Shown: positions 50,902 to 59,358 of the stretch, piece by piece
Layout: each line of letters opens with the position of its first letter
Numbering within the stretch: the first letter of the stretch is position 1
DNA from: Acidobacteriota bacterium
Lineage (GTDB): Bacteria > Acidobacteriota > UBA6911 > RPQK01 > JADFOI01
Reading direction: 5' to 3'
Length of the DNA: 64,000 nt
NCBI GenBank assembly: GCA_963663035.1
Contig: OY760074.1
Span: 3,488,001-3,552,000, forward strand
Notes under the pieces: model-generated
Told to the model about the DNA's origin: nothing
The model's input: only the letters and a program-made list of their open reading frames with translations
The model's database searches: none
Translations under genes and position numbers: made by a program

Positions 50902-51065
50902 TGTCTCGTCCCATGAATAGCATGACGTTTGTGGCGAGCGCGACGGCATCGATTTCTTTGTCGCTCCTCCTCCACGATGTCACAGACATCGCGTCGTCGT
51001 CGCTTCGCGAACTCGACGCCGTCGCGCTCGCCACAAACGTCATGCTATTCATGGGACGAGACACT
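50899..51065. mobile_element. MITE-like element, family B copy 2, between gatC and gatA
   Basis: Perfect 48-bp inverted repeat (50900-50947 / 51018-51065) starting AGTGTCTCGTCCCATG; overlaps the gatC TAG. Confidence 0.85.
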
Positions 51066-51069
51066 TAAG

Positions 51070-52542
51070 ATGAGCGAGCTTTGCCAGCTTTCCATCCGAG
51101 AACTCCGCCAGCGAATCCAGGACGGGGATTCATCAGTCACAGAAATCACCCAGAGCTTTTTGGATCGGATCCAGCTGTGCGACGAGAAGGTCAAGGCGTT
51201 CTTGACTCTCGAGCCGGAGTCGGTTCTCGCCCAGGCCGAAAAGCTGGATCAAGAGCTTGCTGAGGGGAAGTCCGGAAACGGACTTCTCACGGGAATCCCC
51301 ATTGCCATCAAGGACAATATGGTCACCCAGGGCGTTCGAACCACCTGCGCTTCCCGCATTCTGGAGAACTATATCCCTCCCTATGATGCCACCGTGATTG
51401 GAAAGCTGACTCAAAATGGAGCTGTTCTGATAGGAAAGACCAATTGTGACGAATTTTCCATGGGCTCCAGTACGGAAAACTCCGCTTTTTTTCCGACCTG
51501 CAATCCATGGGATCTGGAACGGGTTCCCGGGGGATCAAGCGGAGGTTCAGCTGCAGCGGTGGCTGCCAGGGAAGTGCCAGGGGCGCTGGGCAGTGATACG
51601 GGAGGCTCGATCCGCCAGCCGGCGGCATTCTGCGGAATCGTGGGTCTCAAGCCCACCTATGGCCGGGTGTCTCGCTACGGTCTGGTTGCCTTTGCTTCCT
51701 CTCTTGACCAGATTGGTCCGCTGGGTAGCAGCGTCTATGATGTGGCCATCCTGCTTCAGGCAATCGCCGGAGCGGATCCCAATGATTCCACTTCGGTTGC
51801 GCGTCCCGTGGAAAACTATCTGAGCGAGCTCGACCAGAACAAGGATGTCAAAGGTCTCAAGATAGGAGTCCCCAAGGAGTGGTTCGGATCCGCCCTGGAT
51901 CCACAGATCGAGCAGAGCATTCAAGCGGCTCTCCAGAAGCTGGAAGGACTGGGGTGTCCAGTGGTCGAGGTCAGTATGCCCCAGACAGAGTACGCCATCA
52001 GCACCTATTACATCATCGCTCCCGCTGAGGCCAGTTCGAACCTGGCGCGCTATGATGGGGTCAAGTACGGGCACCGTAGTGCCGGTCAGGAAGACCTTGA
52101 GAGTATGTTCAAGTTTACCCGCAGTGAGGGGTTCGGTGAAGAGGTCAAGCGACGGATCATGATCGGGACTTACGTTCTGAGTTCCGGTTACTATGATGCT
52201 TATTTTTTAAAGGCCGGCAAGGTTCGAACTCTTTTGAAAAACGATTATCTGGAAGCCTTCAAGAAGGTGGATTTCCTGGTGGGACCCACCACTCCTTCAC
52301 TTCCTTTCAAGATGGGAGAGAAGAAGACCGATCCGCTGGAGATGTATCTGACCGACATCTACACCGTGACGGCCAATCTGGCTGGCATCCCGGGTCTGTC
52401 CATGCCCTGTGGCTTCAGCCAGGAGGGCCTTCCCATCGGCCTGCAAATCCAGGCTCCTCACTTTCAGGAAGCAAAGCTCCTGCGTCTGGCTCATGCCTTG
52501 GAAGAAGCACTGGACGTCCAAAAACCGGCTCTAGCAGTGTGA
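51070..52542 (+). CDS. gatA: Asp/Glu-tRNA amidotransferase subunit A
   Basis: [53 protein letters not shown]. Confidence 0.97.
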   Translation: MSELCQLSIRELRQRIQDGDSSVTEITQSFLDRIQLCDEKVKAFLTLEPESVLAQAEKLDQELAEGKSGNGLLTGIPIAIKDNMVTQGVRTTCASRILENYIPPYDATVIGKLTQNGAVLIGKTNCDEFSMGSSTENSAFFPTCNPWDLERVPGGSSGGSAAAVAAREVPGALGSDTGGSIRQPAAFCGIVGLKPTYGRVSRYGLVAFASSLDQIGPLGSSVYDVAILLQAIAGADPNDSTSVARPVENYLSELDQNKDVKGLKIGVPKEWFGSALDPQIEQSIQAALQKLEGLGCPVVEVSMPQTEYAISTYYIIAPAEASSNLARYDGVKYGHRSAGQEDLESMFKFTRSEGFGEEVKRRIMIGTYVLSSGYYDAYFLKAGKVRTLLKNDYLEAFKKVDFLVGPTTPSLPFKMGEKKTDPLEMYLTDIYTVTANLAGIPGLSMPCGFSQEGLPIGLQIQAPHFQEAKLLRLAHALEEALDVQKPALAV

Positions 52543-52608
52543 GGGAAGTAAGGGCGGTCGGGAGAATGTGGGAGTGGCCTCAGGCCGCGAAGAGGTGTCG
52601 AACATCAC

Positions 52609-53436
52609 TTATCCTCTTTTGATCTGCGTTCCCTCTTTCCCTCTCACTCCCTCCAACAACGCATTCTCCTTCAACCCACTCAAGATCTGTACTGAACCCA
52701 CTCCTCCCTCCAGGACCCTGAGTGCGGTCTGGACCTTGGGCACCATACCGTCAGTTAGACCTCCCTGGCTCAACAAATCCTTGGCCTCGGTGGCACTCAA
52801 CTCAGAAATACAGCTGGAGGCATCGTGAATGTCCCGGTAGATTCCCTCCACGTCTGAAACGGAAATCAGTTGGCTCGCCTGCAGGCTGATGGCCAGTTCA
52901 GCAGCCAGCGTGTCGGCATTGATGTTGAGGATTTGGCCGTCTTTGTCGGCACCCAGGCAGCTCACCACGGGAAGGAAGCCGCTGTCCCAGAATTGCTGCA
53001 AAACAGACGTGTCAATACTGTCAATCTCTCCCACCAGCCCAAAATCAATCAGCTCGGCATGCTCATGGCCGGAGGAGTCGGTGGTCGTAATCGAGAGAGG
53101 CGGCCTTCTGTGGCAGCAAGTCAGCCTGGCATCGAAGGCTGAGATTCCTAAGGCCGACAAACCCAAGGCAACCAGATCCGCAACCAGATTGCGATTCATG
53201 GCAGAGAAGACCATGGTGGCCAGCTCCAGCGTGGCCTTGTCGGTGACACGGCGCCCCTGATGCTGGACGATCGGTATCCCCAGACGGTTGGACAGATTGG
53301 TCAGCTGTTTTCCTCCGCCGTGGACAACGATCAAACGGTGACCGTCTCGGTCCAACTGGACCAGCTGTCGGCACAGGTGGCCTCGCGGTTTGTCCTCCTC
53401 CAAGACCTTTCCACTCAGCTTGACCACCAGGATCAT
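52609..53436 (-). CDS. argB: Acetylglutamate kinase
   Basis: VVKLSG, VVHGGG.Q, GRRVTD, NINADT.A, GMVPK. Confidence 0.92.
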   Translation of the reverse strand: MILVVKLSGKVLEEDKPRGHLCRQLVQLDRDGHRLIVVHGGGKQLTNLSNRLGIPIVQHQGRRVTDKATLELATMVFSAMNRNLVADLVALGLSALGISAFDARLTCCHRRPPLSITTTDSSGHEHAELIDFGLVGEIDSIDTSVLQQFWDSGFLPVVSCLGADKDGQILNINADTLAAELAISLQASQLISVSDVEGIYRDIHDASSCISELSATEAKDLLSQGGLTDGMVPKVQTALRVLEGGVGSVQILSGLKENALLEGVRGKEGTQIKRG

Positions 53437-54590
53437 ATGGTCTTGACGGCCTCCACAAAGAGATCGGCTTCACTTCGTTTCAGGACCAGAGGCGGCATCA
53501 GACGCAGGACCTGGGCATCCATTGAGGTCCCGGCCAGAATGTGCTTTTCGAGGAGCGCCCCCTGCAGTTCCTTGGCCGTCATTTTTTCACCCAATTTTAG
53601 ACCCAACAGAAGTCCCCGGCCCCGCACTTCCTCAACGTGGTCAATGCCGGCAAGAGCTTCCTTCAGATAGACGCCCATCAGGCTAGCGTGTTTGGCCAGC
53701 TCTTCCCTTTCGATGACCTCCAGCGTGGCTTCCATGGCGGCGCACCCCAGGGGGCCACCCCCAAACGTGCTGCCCAGGTCGCCGCTTCTGACCGTTCTGG
53801 CCAGCTTTTCGGTCACAAGCAGAGCACCCGCGGGAAAACCCGAGGCGATCCCTTTGGCTAAAGTCACCATGTCAGGATGAATCTTGAGGTGTCCGGAGAA
53901 GAGAAAGGATCCGGTTCGTGCCACTCCTGTTTGCACCTCATCAAAGATCAGGAGTGCTCCATGGTCTTGGCAGACCTCCTGGATCTGGCTCAGACAGTCC
54001 AGAGGGATCTCCTGCATTCCCCCCATGCTCTGAATCGGTTCGATCAGGACAGCTGCCGTTTTCTCAGAGACGGCAGCTGCCACTCCTGCTGCGGGCAGGA
54101 TCCGATGCATGGGCACCGGTGTGTTCAGGTAATCGAGATACTTGGGGATCCCGGTGCTGGAGAGACTGCCGTAGGTGCGACCATGAAAGGAGCCGGAGAG
54201 GGAAATGACTTCGCGGCGTCCAGTGGTGGCTCGCGCCAGCTTGATGGCGTTCTCATTGGCCTCGCTGCCAGAGGTGACCAGGAATGCCTGGTAGTAGGGT
54301 TCACCGGCCATCTCCAGCAACTTTTTCACCGCTCGCGCTCTAGCCCGGTTGTAGCTGACATTGGAGTAGAAAATCAGCTGGGCAGCCTGTTCTTGAATGG
54401 CTTGAACAACATGGGGATGGCAGTGACCTGTTGAGGCCACCGCATGAGCGCCGTAGAGATCAAGATATTGGGTTCCTTCCTGATCATAAACGTAGCACCC
54501 CTCACCTTTCTCGATGAAGAGAGGAAACTTGGCGTAGGTTTGCAGCTGATACCGGTCCTCGTAGCTCTTCAGGTCATCTACTGTCGTCAT
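53433..54590 (-). CDS. argD: Acetylornithine aminotransferase
   Basis: SGSEANE.AIK, FHGRT, FDEVQTG, LAKG, G.TFGG.PL; arg operon context. Confidence 0.9.
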   Translation of the reverse strand: MTTVDDLKSYEDRYQLQTYAKFPLFIEKGEGCYVYDQEGTQYLDLYGAHAVASTGHCHPHVVQAIQEQAAQLIFYSNVSYNRARARAVKKLLEMAGEPYYQAFLVTSGSEANENAIKLARATTGRREVISLSGSFHGRTYGSLSSTGIPKYLDYLNTPVPMHRILPAAGVAAAVSEKTAAVLIEPIQSMGGMQEIPLDCLSQIQEVCQDHGALLIFDEVQTGVARTGSFLFSGHLKIHPDMVTLAKGIASGFPAGALLVTEKLARTVRSGDLGSTFGGGPLGCAAMEATLEVIEREELAKHASLMGVYLKEALAGIDHVEEVRGRGLLLGLKLGEKMTAKELQGALLEKHILAGTSMDAQVLRLMPPLVLKRSEADLFVEAVKTI

Positions 54591-54639
54591 GGTTGGTCAC
54601 CGCTTTGCTGGATTCGTGCTTTCCTGCATTCGTGCACCC

Positions 54640-55650
54640 CTAAGGGTGCACGGGGGCTGTCTCCAGGCCTGTCTCCTCAGGAAAGTCGCAAATCAGGTTC
54701 ATATTTTGAACGGCCTGACCGGCGGCACCCTTTTGCAGATTATCCAACACCGACCAGACAATGAGAAAGCCATTTTGAGTTGCGGCGCCGATGTCTACGA
54801 AATTGGAGTGACGAACGAAGCTCACATTGGGAGATCCGGAGACCCAGCGAATAAAGAAATCTGAACCGTAGTAGGTTTCATACAGGTTGGCCACTTCCTC
54901 GGTGGTCACCGACTTGGCCAACTCCATGTAGTGGCTGGCGAAGATTCCACGCACGAACGGAGCCGAGTAGGTCTGAAAGATCAACGGGTAGTCGGGCTCA
55001 CCCAGGAGCTGTGTAATCTCGGGAAGATGCTGGTGCGCAAAAGGCTTGTAGGCGAACAGGCTGTTGGTGCGCCAGGGATGATGGGTGGTGGCGCCCGGAG
55101 AGTTTCCAGCTCCCGAGGAACCCGTTTTGGTATCGACGTAGACGGGTCCCTGGATCCACTTCTCCTGAAAAAGCGGATAGAGTGCCAGGAGTGTGGCACT
55201 GGCAAAGCAGCCTGGATTGGCAATGCGCCGAGCCGAGCGGATTTCTTCCCGCTTCAGTTCCGTGAGTCCGTAAACGAAGGCCTTCTGCTCCTCGGGGCAG
55301 TGGGGCGGAAAGCTGTAGAATTTCTCAAACACTTCGGGGTCTGCCAGCCGAAAATCACCGCTCAGATCGATGACCACCAGCTCGCCGGGCAGTTCCGGCA
55401 CCAGCTTCATCGCTTCCCCGTGGGGCAAAGCCAGAAACAGGACATCCAGCTGTGAAGCGGGCAGCTCCTCCAAAGGCGAGAAACGGAGCTTCAGCACCCC
55501 GCGCAAGTGTGGATAGACGCTTGCGACTTCTTTTCCGGCATGTTGTTGGGAGGAGATCCAAGCGATCGTGACATCGGGGTGACGCAGGAGAATTTGAATG
55601 AGCTCAATGCCTCCGTAGCCCGAACCGCCGGCTATTCCGATTTGAGCCAT
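54640..55650 (-). CDS. argC: N-acetyl-gamma-glutamyl-phosphate reductase
   Basis: GGSGYGG.EL, IDLSGDFRL, IANPGCF, HQHLPEI, DNL.KGAAGQAVQN.N. Confidence 0.95.
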   Translation of the reverse strand: MAQIGIAGGSGYGGIELIQILLRHPDVTIAWISSQQHAGKEVASVYPHLRGVLKLRFSPLEELPASQLDVLFLALPHGEAMKLVPELPGELVVIDLSGDFRLADPEVFEKFYSFPPHCPEEQKAFVYGLTELKREEIRSARRIANPGCFASATLLALYPLFQEKWIQGPVYVDTKTGSSGAGNSPGATTHHPWRTNSLFAYKPFAHQHLPEITQLLGEPDYPLIFQTYSAPFVRGIFASHYMELAKSVTTEEVANLYETYYGSDFFIRWVSGSPNVSFVRHSNFVDIGAATQNGFLIVWSVLDNLQKGAAGQAVQNMNLICDFPEETGLETAPVHP

Positions 55651-56717
55651 GGCATCAGAGTCTCTAGAACGAAAGTGCAGATCGTGCCCGTGCCTTCCCG
55701 AGAATTGCCTGCCGGAAGGTCCCAGTGTTCCTCAATGTAACGTATGCCTTCCCCACTGTCCGTGACAGGTCCTGAAATGAGAATCGGATACTTCCTGGGA
55801 CCTTGCTTGGACAACCACTCCATAGCTCCCCACACACCCATCAAGTCATTGGCGCACACGATCATCGATACGCAGCAGCTCATGAATTGTTCATCTTCAA
55901 AGAGGGAGGCAACCTGATAGCCTCCCAGGACTCCGTCACCCATCTCCAGAACAATGAAGTCAGGGTGGGACTCGGACAGATAGTGCACCATGGAGCGGGC
56001 GATGGGGACAACGGTTTCCAGATGGGCCGTGGAAGGTATGCCGAAGTCCTGAAAGCTCAGAATTTTTTGAGCGCCGTTTTCCTTCATGGCCAGAGGGTCT
56101 TTCAAGCAACCTACCCCGGCAACTTTTCCAGCGTTGATGGAAAACCCCTTATCAGTGAACATCTTCAGGAGTTGTTGGCAAACGGCGGTTTTCCCGGCGT
56201 TCATGCAGGTCCCCACAACCATGACTACCGGAACCTCCAGGATGGGCTTATCGACTAGAGCGAGAGCGAAGTCTTTCAGATTAGCAGCTCGGCCGTTCCA
56301 GGAAACGGTGCCCAGGTACTCCAGTTGGGTGGGCCATCCTAAATCGCGATGGAAATCCGTGCATTCTCCTATGACACCACCCCGATTGAGCAGGTGAAGC
56401 TCCATGCCTGCCTTGAGCTCAGAGGGAGGATCGCCTGAAAATCCTTGCAGGGCTTTGCGGCTTCCCAAGGCTCCAATGATCAATTCTCCTCCACTCAGAG
56501 TCTCCTCCTCCCCATCCAGTGTTTCCAGCTTCGAATAGTCGGTATTGACCTTCTTGACTTTTACCAGGACCAGGTCCCCGTGATGGGCGGTCTTCTCCTC
56601 TGTCACCCTGAGAAGTCCGGCAAGGGGAACTCGACTGGTCACGGAGGCGATCAGATCAGGTCTGACTCCTTCAGGCTTTGAGGCAGATGTGGGATCGACT
56701 AAGACTTTAACTTGCAT
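55632..56717 (-). CDS. DUF1611-like P-loop protein, first gene of the arg operon
   Basis: GTCMNAGKT, GKVAGVG...D, VLEMGDG, LLNRGGVIG; stop overlaps the argC start by 19 nt. Confidence 0.75.
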   Translation of the reverse strand: MQVKVLVDPTSASKPEGVRPDLIASVTSRVPLAGLLRVTEEKTAHHGDLVLVKVKKVNTDYSKLETLDGEEETLSGGELIIGALGSRKALQGFSGDPPSELKAGMELHLLNRGGVIGECTDFHRDLGWPTQLEYLGTVSWNGRAANLKDFALALVDKPILEVPVVMVVGTCMNAGKTAVCQQLLKMFTDKGFSINAGKVAGVGCLKDPLAMKENGAQKILSFQDFGIPSTAHLETVVPIARSMVHYLSESHPDFIVLEMGDGVLGGYQVASLFEDEQFMSCCVSMIVCANDLMGVWGAMEWLSKQGPRKYPILISGPVTDSGEGIRYIEEHWDLPAGNSREGTGTICTFVLETLMPWLKSE

Positions 56718-56745
56718 GGTTGACCTCGCTGAACGTTTCTTCCAG

Positions 56746-56781
56746 AGTGCATAATTATACATAGTTTAGTGAATATGTCAA
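56746..56781 (-). promoter_or_regulatory. Sigma70 promoter overlapped by an ArgR (ARG) box
   Basis: Minus-strand TTGACA (56781-76), 16 nt spacer, TATAAT (56759-54). Palindrome AGTGCATAATTATACATA (56746-63) fits the ARG box consensus TGMAT-W4-ATKCA with one mismatch. Confidence 0.8.
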
Positions 56782-56810
56782 GGATAAAGGTGTATAATCG
56801 CCTGAAATAT

Positions 56811-57659
56811 TCAGTGCGGGCGCCGCGACTTCAAGCGGACCACGCTGCCGTAGATCTCGCGCTTGGAGAGAGGGAGTTCTCGGGCGGCTCGCTGGATGGC
56901 TTCTTTTTGAGTGAGTCCTTCTACCTCCATCAGTCCTAAAACGTAGGCCGCTCCATCGACCTGAGGCGAAACCTCATTCTGTTGGGAGGTGCAACCTTCA
57001 AGAACCAGGGTATATTCACCCCGAGGACGTTCTTGCTCCAGAGTCTTGCGGACATCTTGGAGGAGACCGAAGTAGTGAGTTTCATGCAGCTTGGTCATTT
57101 CTCGGACCAGGAAAGATCTCCGATCACCCAGGATTTCCACAATCCTTTTGACGGTGGGAAGAAGACCATGCGGAGAGAGGTAAATCAGGAGGGTGGACTC
57201 CTCTCGGGAGAGTGTTTGCAGCAGTTCCCGTTGTGGGCCGGTTCGGCGGGGAAGGAAACCGACGAAGAGAAAGCGATGAGTCGGCAGACCCGAAATGGAG
57301 AGTGCGGCCGTGGCTGCCGAGGGGCCGGGAACGGAGTAGACGGCAATCTCCTTTTCTCGGCAGGAGACCACCAGGCGATGACCGGGATCGGAGAGAAGTG
57401 GAGTTCCGGCGTCCGAGACCAGCGCGAGGGCATGTCCCTGCTCGAGCTGGGTGATCAGAGCAGGGGTCTTGGCTGCTTCATTGTGCTCGTGGTAGCTGGT
57501 GGTTGCTGTGTGAATGGCGAAGTGGTTGAGAAGCTTGCGGGTGTGCCGGGTATCCTCACAGGCTATGAGGTCCACCTCGCCCAGGATCCGTACCGCACGC
57601 GGACTCAGATCCTCCAGATTTCCCAGCGGCGTGGCCACCACATATAGAATTCCCGACAT
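56811..57659 (-). CDS. rsmI: 16S rRNA C1402 2'-O-methyltransferase
   Basis: LYVVATPLGNLED, ACEDTRHT, VSDAGTP..SDPG, RE.TK.HE. Confidence 0.96.
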   Translation of the reverse strand: MSGILYVVATPLGNLEDLSPRAVRILGEVDLIACEDTRHTRKLLNHFAIHTATTSYHEHNEAAKTPALITQLEQGHALALVSDAGTPLLSDPGHRLVVSCREKEIAVYSVPGPSAATAALSISGLPTHRFLFVGFLPRRTGPQRELLQTLSREESTLLIYLSPHGLLPTVKRIVEILGDRRSFLVREMTKLHETHYFGLLQDVRKTLEQERPRGEYTLVLEGCTSQQNEVSPQVDGAAYVLGLMEVEGLTQKEAIQRAARELPLSKREIYGSVVRLKSRRPH

Positions 57660-57685
57660 ATCTCACCTCGAAGCGGAATTCCGGG

Positions 57686-58444
57686 TTAGTTCGATTGATC
57701 TTGTGTGGTCCGTGGGGTCATCGCCTCCAACATTTCCCGAACGGCCCTTTCCATTCCCACCAGTGCGGCCCTGGCTACAATATTGTGGCCGATGTTCAGT
57801 TCGGTAATTTGAGGAATATCCGAGACGGGACCAACGTTGCGGTAGGTGAGACCGTGACCGGCTAAAACGCGCAGCCCGAGAGATTCGGCCAACTGTGCCG
57901 CCGCCACGATTTTGTCCAGCTCGCTCTGGAACCCCTCATCGCTTTCCTTGAGTCCCTTGGGAACCGCCTCGGAATAAGCAGCTGTGTTGATCTCGATCAT
58001 GGTGACCCGGGTGATGGCGGCATGCTCGATTTGATTGCGTTCGGGATCGATGAAGAGGGAAACTTCCAATCCGCCTTCCTGCAATCTTTGCACTGCCCCC
58101 ATGATCTCCCTCTCGTTTTTGACCACGTCCAGGCCCCCCTCCGTGGTGACTTCTTCCTCCCGCTCCGGAACCAGAGTCGCGCTGTCAGGAGCCACTTCCA
58201 GGGCCAGGCTGACCATCTCCTCTGTGACCGCCATTTCCAGGTTGAGTCGGGTCGTGATCACCTCGCGCAGAAGTCTCACGTCTCGATCACTGATGTGGCG
58301 ACGATCTGAACGCAGGTGAACGGTGATTCCGTGTGCCCCAGCCAGTTCAGCCAGAACAGCCGCCGCCACCGGATCCGGTTCAGGCGCTTGACGTGCCTGA
58401 CGAATGGTGGCGATGTGATCGACATTGACACCGAGCGTAGTCAT
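57686..58444 (-). CDS. pdxJ: Pyridoxine 5'-phosphate synthase
   Basis: [43 protein letters not shown]. Confidence 0.96.
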   Translation of the reverse strand: MTTLGVNVDHIATIRQARQAPEPDPVAAAVLAELAGAHGITVHLRSDRRHISDRDVRLLREVITTRLNLEMAVTEEMVSLALEVAPDSATLVPEREEEVTTEGGLDVVKNEREIMGAVQRLQEGGLEVSLFIDPERNQIEHAAITRVTMIEINTAAYSEAVPKGLKESDEGFQSELDKIVAAAQLAESLGLRVLAGHGLTYRNVGPVSDIPQITELNIGHNIVARAALVGMERAVREMLEAMTPRTTQDQSN

Positions 58445-58489
58445 GAAAGAGAGAATACAGAATCCAGAATCCAGAATCCAGAAGGGGAA

Positions 58490-58594
58490 GGCCCGCAGGC
58501 TAAAGCCTGTGGCTCTGACGGAGCTGACGAGGCTCAAACAGAGCCGTGGGCTTTAGCTCCCGGAAACAGAGCCGTGGGCTTTAGCCCACGGGCC
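58490..58594. repeat. Cluster of REP-like palindromes
   Basis: CCGCAGGCTAAAGCCTGTGG and two AAACAGAGCCGTGGGCTTTAGC units; 58564-58594 is identical to 13494-13524. Confidence 0.8.
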
Positions 58595-58599
58595 AGTTG

Positions 58600-59358
58600 T
58601 CAGCTGTCAGCGGTCTGCTGTCCGTACCTCCCCCGGAAATCTTTCCATCTGATCCCCACAAGATCCCACGCCATCCTACCGGCATCGGGAGCGAATCGCA
58701 CACTGCTGCCCGGGACGTGCCGCCACACTACCGGGACCTCTTTGAGAGTGAGTCCCCACTTATGGGCCATATAGAGGATTTCCACATCAAACCCGAAGCC
58801 ATCGATGGTTTGCTTTCGAAAGAGGTCCTGGCAGCGGCCCATGTTGAAAAGCTTGAAGCCACACTGGGTGTCAGCGTAGGGAAGGCCGGTAGAGAGCCGC
58901 ACCAGCCGGTTGAAAATCTTTCCGCTGGTTTCTCGAAACCAGGTTTGGCGCACTTCGATCTGGGATTCTTCCATGTCACGAGATCCGAAAGCGATATGGC
59001 AGCTCCCATCGATAACTTCCCTCTCGAGTTTGGAGATCTCCTCGATCGGAGAACTCAAGTCGGCATCGGTCAACAGCGAGTAGGCGCCCTGAGCTTCCAG
59101 CATTCCACGTCGCACGCTGTAACCCTTGCCCCGGTTCCGGTCGTTGCGAAGGAGGCGCACCGTTCCCTCTGGATCATCCCTTGTGCCCAGCTCTTGGGTA
59201 ATTTCACCGGTCCGATCCTGGGAGCCGTCGTCCACCACCAGGATCTCGAAAGAACGGCTGCGCGATCTCAGGTACACGGAAATCCGTTCCAAGGTGGAGC
59301 CAATGCGCTGCTCTTCGTTGTAGGCGGGGATGACGACGGACAGGGACGGATGATTCAT
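58600..59358 (-). CDS. GT2 glycosyltransferase (dolichyl-phosphate beta-glucosyltransferase-like)
   Basis: VIPAYNEE.RI, VDDGS.D, N.GKG..VR.G, DADL, DTQCGFKLF, FDVE. Confidence 0.9.
   Translation of the reverse strand: MNHPSLSVVIPAYNEEQRIGSTLERISVYLRSRSRSFEILVVDDGSQDRTGEITQELGTRDDPEGTVRLLRNDRNRGKGYSVRRGMLEAQGAYSLLTDADLSSPIEEISKLEREVIDGSCHIAFGSRDMEESQIEVRQTWFRETSGKIFNRLVRLSTGLPYADTQCGFKLFNMGRCQDLFRKQTIDGFGFDVEILYMAHKWGLTLKEVPVVWRHVPGSSVRFAPDAGRMAWDLVGIRWKDFRGRYGQQTADS

Noticed and set aside
56718-56762. Upstream ATG for the DUF1611-like gene
   Set aside because: It lies inside the -10 element and ARG box; ATG 56717 has a GAGGT SD
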